Translations under genes and position numbers: made by a program
Shown: positions 32,430 through 40,652 of the stretch, piece by piece
Numbering within the stretch: the first letter of the stretch is position 1
How the letters are laid out: every line of letters starts with the position of its first letter
The notes under the pieces: generated by a model
The model's database searches: none
The model's input: the letters and a program-made list of their open reading frames with translations, nothing else
What the model was told of the DNA's origin: nothing
Origin: Methanomicrobia archaeon JdFR-19
GTDB lineage: Archaea > Halobacteriota > Methanosarcinia > DSM-18856 > Methermicoccaceae
Assembly (NCBI GenBank): GCA_002010075.1
Contig: MTMG01000013.1
Coordinates: 72,796 to 136,795, forward strand
Direction: 5' to 3'
DNA: 64,000 nucleotides

Positions 32430-32780
32430 ATGGCTACATACGATGACGTGGTTGCACTCACAGGCACACCTCTTTCACAGAGCGAGGTCGAGGACCTGAT
32501 AGCAATCGCAGAGGAAGAGATAGACTCGGTGCTTTCGAGGGAGGGGATTTCCTTGTCTTCACAAGAATCCCCACCCCACATATACCTTGCCACGCTCTAT
32601 CTCTCCTCTGCCCTCGTCCTCGAAAGAGAGATGCCAGACTCGATACGGCTCGGAGACCTCTCAGTTTCAAACAGCAGAGCAGAATCATACCGTAATTTGG
32701 CGTATAAACTCCTCAGGGAATACGTTTCGATGGTCTCTGAAAGGTGTGTTCTAACACTCGTGTCTTCGGATGAAGAGTAA
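32430..32780 (+). CDS. Putative head-tail connector (gp6-like) protein
   Basis: 116 aa. Its N-terminal region (TPLSQSEVEDLIAIAEEEIDSVL) resembles the gp6-like head-tail connector family. It sits immediately downstream of the capsid gene. Confidence 0.4.
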   Translation: MATYDDVVALTGTPLSQSEVEDLIAIAEEEIDSVLSREGISLSSQESPPHIYLATLYLSSALVLEREMPDSIRLGDLSVSNSRAESYRNLAYKLLREYVSMVSERCVLTLVSSDEE

Positions 32781-32794
32781 GGGGATGGGATGAT

Positions 32795-32968
32795 GGATGG
32801 AGTGAAAGGTCCTCTGTGGATGCCAGAGGGAAGTGTGAGGGCAATACTTGCCATAGTGGTTGTGGTCTTTTCGTTGATTACGGTGATTAGGGAAGGTGAA
32901 ATTCCCCAGTCGCTGTTGGGGATACTGGGCATGGTGATGGGATTCTACTTTGGAGTGAGGAAGTGATA
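32795..32968 (+). CDS. Small membrane protein, 57 aa (holin-like candidate), not in the ORF track
   Basis: ATG-initiated frame MDGVKGPLWMPEGSVRAILAIVVVVFSLITVIREGEIPQSLLGILGMVMGFYFGVRK with two hydrophobic helices. It is below the 60-aa track cutoff. Confidence 0.3.
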
Positions 32969-33277
32969 GTATGGAGAGCACATGCGAAACACTCAGTCTG
33001 GTCGAATTACGGGCAGATGTAAAGGAACTGAGAAATCTGGTTGATATGCTGTATGAGAGGAGGAATGGAAGTGGAAGACCATGACCTCCTCATCGAGCTG
33101 AAAAAGGACATAGAGTACATAAAGGCAAAACTGAGGATGTTGTGTGAGTGTGATTCACATCTGGAGGAGAGGATGAGGACAATCGAGCAGAGATATGCAT
33201 ACATCATGGGTGTGGCTTGTGCAATCGCTTTTGTTGTCTCTCTTCTCGTCAATTGGATGGGCAATTGAGGGATAATC

Positions 33278-33601
33278 ATGATGGAAAGACTGGAGAGCTG
33301 GGCAAAAACACTCATAAACAGATTCGGCACCCAGATGACTCTCCGAAGGGTGTCATCAATCTCCTACAACGAATATGACGAGGCTGAGTATACGTATGAT
33401 GAAACAGATGTGAGAGTGCTGGTGGGGGCAAAGAAGCGAACGTTTGTTCGGAAGGAGGATGGCCTTCATGAGGCTGTGTATGTGAAAGCGGTCTTGGAGA
33501 AAGATGTCGATGTGGGAAAGGGTGATAGATTGGGAGAATGGGTAGTTGAAAGTGTAGAGGAGCATTCCTGCTTCAAGACTCTGATTCTGGTGGCTGAATG
33601 A
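33278..33601 (+). CDS. Hypothetical protein (virus-like region)
   Basis: 107 aa ORF with no family recognised. Confidence 0.4.
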   Translation: MMERLESWAKTLINRFGTQMTLRRVSSISYNEYDEAEYTYDETDVRVLVGAKKRTFVRKEDGLHEAVYVKAVLEKDVDVGKGDRLGEWVVESVEEHSCFKTLILVAE

Positions 33602-33696
33602 GAAACTTTTATCGCAAAATATATTAAGAAATTTCTTGTTTTCAGTTAAAATTACACCGGATTGAAATTACAACCGGATTATGGAAAAGAAATAAA
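33602..33696. repeat. Intergenic region with the direct repeat ACCGGATT twice, 7 nt apart, flanked by AT-rich sequence
   Basis: ...acACCGGATTgaaattacaACCGGATTatgg..., upstream of the 33697 gene. It could be an operator-like repeat or an att remnant. Confidence 0.3.
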
Positions 33697-34506
33697 TTGA
33701 ATGAAATCGGAGAATGTGGGATGGGAGTCAGACTCGGCATATACTACAACGGCTCTTTTGGTGAACGGTTTGTGGCAAATCTCGTGAATTATCCGTACTC
33801 ATGTGCTTCCTTTGGGGCGTGCGGTGTGGAATACTGCACACATTGTAAGCACTATTCGTATTCACGAGATATAGTGGGTGTGGTTGAGATGGAGGATCCA
33901 GAAGGGATGCCTGAATTTCTGGATGATTTGGACTATCCAGTTCAGAAGATGGAAGCCGATGTTATCGTTGCGATACATATGCATCCTGACATACTTCTGA
34001 CTCTTCCAGAAAATGTGTCTGCAGACGCCCTCATCGTTCCAATAGAAGGGAAATGGTACCCGAGGGGTGTGATAACCGAGCTCGAAAGAAAGTGTGAGAA
34101 AATGGGTATGGAGTTTTCAGCACCCAAGCCATTCTGCATACTCAGGGAGAGAGAAGACACCCCAGTGATAAACGAGTTCATAAAACATTTCAGAATAGGA
34201 TATCCGAAGTTCAGAATACACAATAGCATAGAGGTACTGAGAAGTGAGCCGTGTGGTGCTGCATGGTTTGTTGCAACCCGACTGAGACTGTCTGGACTGG
34301 ACTCAGATATCAGAGAACTGTGGAACAGGGTGTCTGAGGCACATCACAGTTTTCCCTGCACCGCAACCATGGAAAAGGATGAGGAGTACGGAGACAGTCT
34401 GTTGCACGTTGCAGGGTACGTTCTCAGACACGCAATCGATGAGGCAATCGGGTATGAGGGGGATGAGGAGATACCAGATAAACTGAAGGAGATAGTACTC
34501 TGGTAA
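33697..34506 (+). CDS. Cys-rich hypothetical protein (possibly DUF166/COG1810-like)
   Basis: 269 aa with CASFGACGVEYCTHCKHY and additional Cys/His clusters. TTG start in the track. Confidence 0.5.
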   Translation: MNEIGECGMGVRLGIYYNGSFGERFVANLVNYPYSCASFGACGVEYCTHCKHYSYSRDIVGVVEMEDPEGMPEFLDDLDYPVQKMEADVIVAIHMHPDILLTLPENVSADALIVPIEGKWYPRGVITELERKCEKMGMEFSAPKPFCILREREDTPVINEFIKHFRIGYPKFRIHNSIEVLRSEPCGAAWFVATRLRLSGLDSDIRELWNRVSEAHHSFPCTATMEKDEEYGDSLLHVAGYVLRHAIDEAIGYEGDEEIPDKLKEIVLW

Positions 34507-34510
34507 ATAA

Positions 34511-35077
34511 TCACACAATCGGCATTCTCACCATTACATCCTTCGAATTCCTTCTCATTACCACATACAAATCGAAGGCGTTATGGGTTGCATATCCCTC
34601 GGCTGTTATTCGGAGGGCAATTCTCTCGCCCTGCTCAACTCTCATGGCGGATATGTTTATCCAGTACGGAAATGCAACCGTGATGGAGCCACTTCCCCCA
34701 AAATCGAAGATGTGCTGATGGCATATGAATCCTCCCTCCACCTCCTCTGAACCATCATCCATGATCTTCACAATATCCACACTGGGTGTTATATAGGCAG
34801 TCCCATCACTTCCTGTGTTCTGACACATGAGAGTTATCCATCCACACACAACACCATCCACCACATAAACATCTGCAGGTGTGAAGGGATATAGTACATC
34901 CGCTGTTCCAACATCCCCCCAACTAGTCGGGATATGCCCCAATTCATCGTATTCCTCTATGTCAGCATATTCGTGTGTTGAGAGGGAAGTGAGAATGTGG
35001 TAATACAGAGAGCCACCCCACTCAAATGCGTCTTTGAACTTCACTCCTCTTAACTCGATAACGTTCCTGCTTATCAT
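34511..35077 (-). CDS. Hypothetical protein (virus-like region, minus-strand module)
   Basis: 188 aa with no family recognised. Confidence 0.45.
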   Translation of the reverse strand: MISRNVIELRGVKFKDAFEWGGSLYYHILTSLSTHEYADIEEYDELGHIPTSWGDVGTADVLYPFTPADVYVVDGVVCGWITLMCQNTGSDGTAYITPSVDIVKIMDDGSEEVEGGFICHQHIFDFGGSGSITVAFPYWINISAMRVEQGERIALRITAEGYATHNAFDLYVVMRRNSKDVMVRMPIV

Positions 35078-35081
35078 TAGC

Positions 35082-35435
35082 TCACCCCGTATTCACCGTA
35101 TACTCTCCCCACTTCTCCCGGCTCTGGTATTCAGCGACAGCTCTTGCGAGTGTCTCACCATCAAGGTTGATTGTGATGGGCTGCGGCTCGATTTTTATTG
35201 TTATGTTGTTGGACTCACCGTTTACGTTGGTTGGTTTTACCGAGGATTTTACTGGGAGGAATGTGATGGCAGGATAATCAGAAGTATCTGTGATTTTTAA
35301 GCCCGATAAAATCGGTTTTATTCTGTCCACTGTTTTCAGGATTTCCACGCTCTGATTTATACTGTGGTTTGTTGTGTGTTCTATGTTGTGTGCCATGATG
35401 TACCACACCTTCCTGATTTTATCTATGTTGATCAC
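35082..35435 (-). CDS. Hypothetical protein (virus-like region)
   Basis: 117 aa. GTG start that overlaps the upstream stop. Confidence 0.4.
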   Translation of the reverse strand: MINIDKIRKVWYIMAHNIEHTTNHSINQSVEILKTVDRIKPILSGLKITDTSDYPAITFLPVKSSVKPTNVNGESNNITIKIEPQPITINLDGETLARAVAEYQSREKWGEYTVNTG

Positions 35436-37024
35436 CTCTCCTCAACCCCCCTTCGGATACGTGGGTCCACATGAGCCTGGTTGACGATGTCTTCGAAGCC
35501 GTCTCCTCCTACGAGAAGGGGAACCATCACGAAATAATCGATGTTCACGTCGTAGTCGGTTGTGGATGTTGTTCTTATCACAATGGTGTCGTTCACATCA
35601 CCGTCATCAAATTGAACATCGAGATAATGATATCCCAAATCAGTGGATGGATTCACGGTCGAGGATGAGACTGTGGTGGCATCAGTGGTATTCTCCACAG
35701 ATATCACACACTCCGAACCCGTCTCACCGCTCAATCTGAATATGGCTTTCCATGTCCCTTTCTTCAAACTCGATAAGGTTCCCCAGTTCCACTGCCAGTA
35801 CTCCCCGTTATTGCGCAGAGAAATTCCCTGGGAATTCGAGTATGAGGGGTTGTCTGATATGAAACCGGTTGCTGTCCCACTACAACTCGTAGACTCTGCT
35901 TCGGTGAATAGGTCAGATGTGTTATAGGATTCTGGAACGAAGGCACCGAAGTAGCATGGAGAGTTCCACTGCCACACTGCTCGCCACTTTCCCTCAGTAG
36001 AGTTAGCCCACTGCAAAGAAGCCTCGCCCCCCCTCACAAATATCTGGATTTCGGAGGATGAGGGGTCAAAGAACGCAGCCCAGCTGGTGGTCTTGAAAGC
36101 CTCTGGCATGAGTTCAGCATCTTCCAAATACCCCTGTCCTCTGTACCCGAATCTGTGGTACGGATAAACGTGTTTTGCATAAGAGATGTAGGCGAGAGGC
36201 TTACCCCTCCACATCTTGATGGTTCTTACATTTCCAGATACCGTGATGTTGAGTTCTGCGTAATCTGGCGAAAATGATATGATTTCAGGCGAGGAGTACG
36301 CCCCCTCCAGATGGATGTCATGACTGAGTGATGTCCATGCACCATCATACACATATCCTGCAATGGTGTCTGAGGAAAGTGAACCAACCCCCAGTTTGTA
36401 TATCCCGTTCTCGATGGCTGGATTCCCTGAGAAGTTGTGGGAGGTTGAATAGACTCGGTCGGAACCGTCGAAGATTTTCACCTCCCCAACGTTCACCTCC
36501 TCTCCATCGAGTTCGTATCTGGCTGTCTGGGATTTCACCAGTGTGATTGTTCCGTCTGATGTGGTTCTTGTGATGGTTGGCTCGGTTCCGATGTATTTCG
36601 CACCCACGGGCAGTGGAATGTAACAGTAGTCGGTCGAATATCCCTCATCCGCAACCGGATAGGCTTTTAGAATCGTTCTGTACAGATGGGAGGGAAGGAA
36701 CATTCCCTTTATTCTCGATACGATGATATTTCCAGTCTCACGAAACTCGATATCTGAGACCGCCAGATACCCATCCCGGTTAGCATAACTAATTTTATTA
36801 TAGGAAGCGTCTCTCAAAACCGTCAGCAGGTCTTCCTTGTAATCCCGGGCAGTCTTCCCGCTGGTTGGATACAATATGGCTTCAAGCTCCACTTCCCTCA
36901 CATTGGAGGGAAACGATACCACCACTGGCTGGTTGAGACCCAGAGCTCTGAACTGAATGAGTTTCTGGGACTGGACTTCGTCGAACCGGGTGATTGCAGG
37001 TACGTATATCTCACCTATGTGCAT
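35432..37024 (-). CDS. Large structural protein, tail or tail-fibre-like candidate
   Basis: 530 aa, Ser/Thr/Gly/Tyr/Trp-rich and beta-rich in composition. It is the largest gene in the structural-looking array. Confidence 0.4.
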   Translation of the reverse strand: MHIGEIYVPAITRFDEVQSQKLIQFRALGLNQPVVVSFPSNVREVELEAILYPTSGKTARDYKEDLLTVLRDASYNKISYANRDGYLAVSDIEFRETGNIIVSRIKGMFLPSHLYRTILKAYPVADEGYSTDYCYIPLPVGAKYIGTEPTITRTTSDGTITLVKSQTARYELDGEEVNVGEVKIFDGSDRVYSTSHNFSGNPAIENGIYKLGVGSLSSDTIAGYVYDGAWTSLSHDIHLEGAYSSPEIISFSPDYAELNITVSGNVRTIKMWRGKPLAYISYAKHVYPYHRFGYRGQGYLEDAELMPEAFKTTSWAAFFDPSSSEIQIFVRGGEASLQWANSTEGKWRAVWQWNSPCYFGAFVPESYNTSDLFTEAESTSCSGTATGFISDNPSYSNSQGISLRNNGEYWQWNWGTLSSLKKGTWKAIFRLSGETGSECVISVENTTDATTVSSSTVNPSTDLGYHYLDVQFDDGDVNDTIVIRTTSTTDYDVNIDYFVMVPLLVGGDGFEDIVNQAHVDPRIRRGVEER

Positions 37025-37135
37025 TTCTCATCCTCTCCCTATTCATGATTTCGAGTATTCGTGTGATTCTCACGAAGTCCTCCTCAGCCATCTCGTCTAT
37101 TTCAGAAGGAGTCCATCCGAACTCACGCATGAGCA

Positions 37136-37576
37136 TCACTTCCGTGATTTCTTCTGATGGTTCTTTTCCTCGCAGAGCCCGTTTGATGTGCCTGACCCAT
37201 TCCTTTTCGTGGTATCGATATAACGAGACAAAAAATCCTCACAAGTCCCTCCAAGTGCACGCCTGCTGTTGTTGTAGTGGTACCAGAACTCTTCTTCATT
37301 CAGATTCTCGATTTCCTCTGGACTCATCCCGGTAGAGAGCATGATCGTGCCAGCATACATGAGTTCCTCCACCTCATCAGAAAAGTCGGCAAGTGCATCC
37401 CTGTCCTCTTCTACCTTCTCCTTTATTTTTTCTGGAAGTTCATCTGGGTTGATATTTCCGAAGTACTTCAGAATAATTCTTTTGTATAGTTTCCTGAGAA
37501 CTTTTACATCCTTATGAATGGGATTTCTTCTGTAATCCATACTCATACACCTCATGAGATATTTATCGATTTGCAA
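37136..37576 (-). CDS. Hypothetical protein (virus-like region)
   Basis: 146 aa, acidic helical N-terminal part and basic C-terminal tail. Confidence 0.35.
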   Translation of the reverse strand: MQIDKYLMRCMSMDYRRNPIHKDVKVLRKLYKRIILKYFGNINPDELPEKIKEKVEEDRDALADFSDEVEELMYAGTIMLSTGMSPEEIENLNEEEFWYHYNNSRRALGGTCEDFLSRYIDTTKRNGSGTSNGLCEEKNHQKKSRK

Positions 37577-38436
37577 GGCAGACTTTCCAATGTGGTCTCC
37601 ACCAAGTCATCTGGTGTGAAGTCCCCATCGAAATACGGGAAGGCAACTTCTTCCACACCTATCGTTTTATCACCAACGCTGGCAACCAGATCCCTCTTTG
37701 TGAGGCTCGTTATATCACTCAACATGTCCAGACTTGCGAAGTCCATTGTCAACCCCACCACTATATCCCGCTTGGTGGGAACGAGTCCGACTATTTTGGT
37801 GGATGTTGTTGCATCCACATCCTTCACGATTTTGAGTTCGTAGTCCACCCTGATGGAGAATTCTCTGACGTAGTCGCTGATTGCCTCACCCCCCAGCGTC
37901 AGAGACGTCAGGTCATCCCACTTCAGCACCGAGGTGTATGGGGAAGCGTGGCTTCCAGCCCCTATGTAATCCGTGTCCGAATATCCAGAGAAGTCTGCCC
38001 CCACCAGTGTGAAATCAAGGGATGCGACATCGTCTTCTCTGAATGTCAGAGTTGCACTCTTCACCACACAGCCTGCATACTTGCCGAAGTGTTTTGTGCC
38101 CCCGACATCCACGATATGTCCTATCGAGATCGATGGGAGGGAGTCGTCCGTACCAGATGCACTGCCCAGCACATGAGAAGCCCACCATGTCAGGTCGTTG
38201 GGCTTTATGCTCATCGCCAGCTCTATCTCCTGCCCTGTTTTCTCGACTGTCAGACTTTCGAGTGCCTCCTCACCATTCGCCCTCAGATATCTTACGTCCT
38301 GTGAAAGCGTTCGAATCGTGGGAGTAAACCGTTCGACAAGACCGAACCACTGCATCGTTGGGTCAGTTGGGAAGACGCCAAACGATGTCTCATCCACGTA
38401 TTCAACAGGCTGGTTTCCGATTATCATCTCATGCAC
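37552..38436 (-). CDS. Structural protein, major capsid or major tail candidate
   Basis: 294 aa. It sits directly after a coiled-coil scaffold-like gene, following the portal-scaffold-capsid order. Confidence 0.4.
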   Translation of the reverse strand: MHEMIIGNQPVEYVDETSFGVFPTDPTMQWFGLVERFTPTIRTLSQDVRYLRANGEEALESLTVEKTGQEIELAMSIKPNDLTWWASHVLGSASGTDDSLPSISIGHIVDVGGTKHFGKYAGCVVKSATLTFREDDVASLDFTLVGADFSGYSDTDYIGAGSHASPYTSVLKWDDLTSLTLGGEAISDYVREFSIRVDYELKIVKDVDATTSTKIVGLVPTKRDIVVGLTMDFASLDMLSDITSLTKRDLVASVGDKTIGVEEVAFPYFDGDFTPDDLVETTLESLPCKSINIS

Positions 38437-38731
38437 CTCCGTACTGGGTTATGAGTTCGTCAATTCTTTCGAGTTCTGACTGGATATTCTCGATTCTCTG
38501 CTGGATTACTGATGTTAGTTGAGACTTCGTCTCGTCCGATAACCTTGAATTGAGAATAAGGCTCTTTTCAGATTTCAGGTCGTCCAGATGATTCTGGAGA
38601 GTTTCCTTCTTCGTGTTCAGATACTCCAAAACATCCTTGGTACTCATCACCGTTTTGAGAAGGGACTCGAGCGATTGGGCATAATTTTTGAGATAATCTA
38701 ACTCAATTTTTATCATGTCAAGCTCCTCCAC
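38429..38731 (-). CDS. Coiled-coil protein (scaffold-like)
   Basis: 100 aa with heptad-rich sequence (LESLLKTV...LQNHLDDLKSEK...IENIQSELERIDELI). Confidence 0.4.
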   Translation of the reverse strand: MEELDMIKIELDYLKNYAQSLESLLKTVMSTKDVLEYLNTKKETLQNHLDDLKSEKSLILNSRLSDETKSQLTSVIQQRIENIQSELERIDELITQYGGA

Positions 38732-39127
38732 TCAAACACCTCCTTCAATAAAATGAACTTTGAATTCCACAATCCTGCAATTCGGACTTTTCTCCCTGTT
38801 TGATGTGTTGGCTATGGTGTAGCCAAGTTCTGCACTCAGAAGAAGTTGCACAACAGAATCCGCCAGTTCATCCCTCTGTTTCACAGTGTTTGACCAGACC
38901 TTCACCTTTACATGGGCAACGAACTCACTGAGAACAAGTCCATCCTCGAGGTCTCTGTAGTGTTTGGTGTTCACAATTTCCCCTTCAACCGTTATCATGG
39001 GATACATCGGTTCATGGGAATGGTATGCTGTGAAGATCCACGAGTCTCCAGCCACATTCGGGTCATTGGGATTCGTAAGATTCTCTCTCAGGTAATCCCT
39101 TACCGTGAGTACAACATCCTCCAACAT
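38732..39127 (-). CDS. Hypothetical protein (virus-like region)
   Basis: 131 aa. Its TGA stop abuts the GTG start of the scaffold-like gene. Confidence 0.4.
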   Translation of the reverse strand: MLEDVVLTVRDYLRENLTNPNDPNVAGDSWIFTAYHSHEPMYPMITVEGEIVNTKHYRDLEDGLVLSEFVAHVKVKVWSNTVKQRDELADSVVQLLLSAELGYTIANTSNREKSPNCRIVEFKVHFIEGGV

Positions 39128-39214
39128 CCTGAATGAGGTTGGAGGAGGGATAGAAAATGCTAAATCAGAAAAGTTGAGGGGAATAAAAAGAGAGGATATT
39201 GTGTTAGACTCGCA

Positions 39215-39493
39215 TCATCTTATCTCAAACCTTTTCCTATCAAGCAGTTCCTGTTTCTTTGCCTCGTTCCAGCCACTCACATCTTGGAGATATCCCGTTA
39301 TCCGAGAAATGGGCAGGACGTTGTGCGAACCACATTCCGGACAGTAGAACTCACCACATACCGGACAGACATGTATCCCAGAAATGGGTTTCATGCACGA
39401 ACCATGCTCGCGGGCATACTCCCTGACGGGGCAGTTGTCAGGCGTGTATTTAAACTCACTCTTGATAGCCTTCTCAATGACTTCTTGAAGCAT
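39215..39493 (-). CDS. Stand-alone NrdD-like C-terminal domain: zinc ribbon plus glycyl-radical motif
   Basis: CPVCGEFYCPECGSH ... SRITGYLQDVSGWNEAKKQELLDRKRF parallels the class III RNR C-terminus (CxxC...CxxC, RV(C/T)GY(L/S), WN.GK..E..DR) in only 92 aa. Confidence 0.6.
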   Translation of the reverse strand: MLQEVIEKAIKSEFKYTPDNCPVREYAREHGSCMKPISGIHVCPVCGEFYCPECGSHNVLPISRITGYLQDVSGWNEAKKQELLDRKRFEIR

Positions 39494-39534
39494 GAAAGTG
39501 AATTGACTCCAATTCTACTTAAATGTTAGGATGT

Positions 39535-40614
39535 TTAAATATTAAGAGGGTCGAATCTCATTTCCACCCCCTCATCGTATCCCCATGCTCTCATCTGTGG
39601 GATGAGGACATCTCTCTCGAACACTCTTTTGATTTGGCGTTGCATCGACATCAGAACGTTCAGTCTGTCTTTCTCTGAAACGTAGGAAGATGCGTAGGTT
39701 GAGCCTCTTGCCTTTCCGGTTGTAATCTCTGACTGGAGGAGAGCTATTGCGATGTCTCTTTCCAAGCTCTCCTTGAGTCCGAGAATGTCGGTTGCTCCTG
39801 TGGTTGGAGTCAAAGGCTTCACCTCGAATCCCACCCCCACAATGTCCTCGTTCTGTTCAAGCTTCTGCATCTCCTCTTTCACATCGTCCAGCACTTTCTT
39901 TATCTCCTCGAATCTTCCTTCGTGCAGAAGTGGTTCAAGAGCCTTCATATCGATGTGAAGCCTTCCCATTCCGTATCTTCTGACAGCTTTTGTGAATCCT
40001 TCGAGCAAATCGAGTTTGTACTTCACGATTCTGTCTATGGGGTCGAGGAGTGAGATACCATACAGACCAAGGGTAGTTCTTCCCATGATATCTGTGCATA
40101 CATTCCCCTCTGGAAAGAGGCGAAATAGTGCGAACTCGTCTCTGTTGAATACTGTGGGGACAGACTCCTCCTGAACAACCACTCTGTCCACCTTACCCTT
40201 CAGAACGTGTGTGGGAATCTCTTTCGGTCTCACTCCTTTGGGGAGGAGAGTGATGTACCTCATGGGGAGTGGAGTGAGTGAGGAAATAGTATCACCATCC
40301 CATTCGAGGTGGAGAACAACGGTTCCATCACGGGCAAGCAGTCTGGCAACTGTTGCAATCACGTGGTCGAGATTCACTCCCACAGCCCACTTTTCAAGCT
40401 CCTTCACACCACCACAGAACTCGAAGCCACTTGAGATTGTGAGACCCAGTTTCAGAAGTGAGGTTGCAACATAGGGGTCGATCTGGGAGAGCTGTTCGTA
40501 TCTGATGAAGCGGTTGGATGTGTCAAGGTAGAAGTTCCCCACTTTGTAGTCGTCCGGTGTGATTCTGGGTATTGCCGACAAAGAAGCCTGAATTCTTTTC
40601 TTTCTGAAGAACAT
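39535..40614 (-). CDS. Portal-like protein candidate (virus-like region)
   Basis: 359 aa. The evidence is weak: its size and its position at the head of a scaffold/capsid-like array. Confidence 0.35.
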   Translation of the reverse strand: MFFRKKRIQASLSAIPRITPDDYKVGNFYLDTSNRFIRYEQLSQIDPYVATSLLKLGLTISSGFEFCGGVKELEKWAVGVNLDHVIATVARLLARDGTVVLHLEWDGDTISSLTPLPMRYITLLPKGVRPKEIPTHVLKGKVDRVVVQEESVPTVFNRDEFALFRLFPEGNVCTDIMGRTTLGLYGISLLDPIDRIVKYKLDLLEGFTKAVRRYGMGRLHIDMKALEPLLHEGRFEEIKKVLDDVKEEMQKLEQNEDIVGVGFEVKPLTPTTGATDILGLKESLERDIAIALLQSEITTGKARGSTYASSYVSEKDRLNVLMSMQRQIKRVFERDVLIPQMRAWGYDEGVEMRFDPLNI

Positions 40615-40652
40615 GATTGGTTCTCGGAGGGCTGGTAGATTTGGCTAAATTT

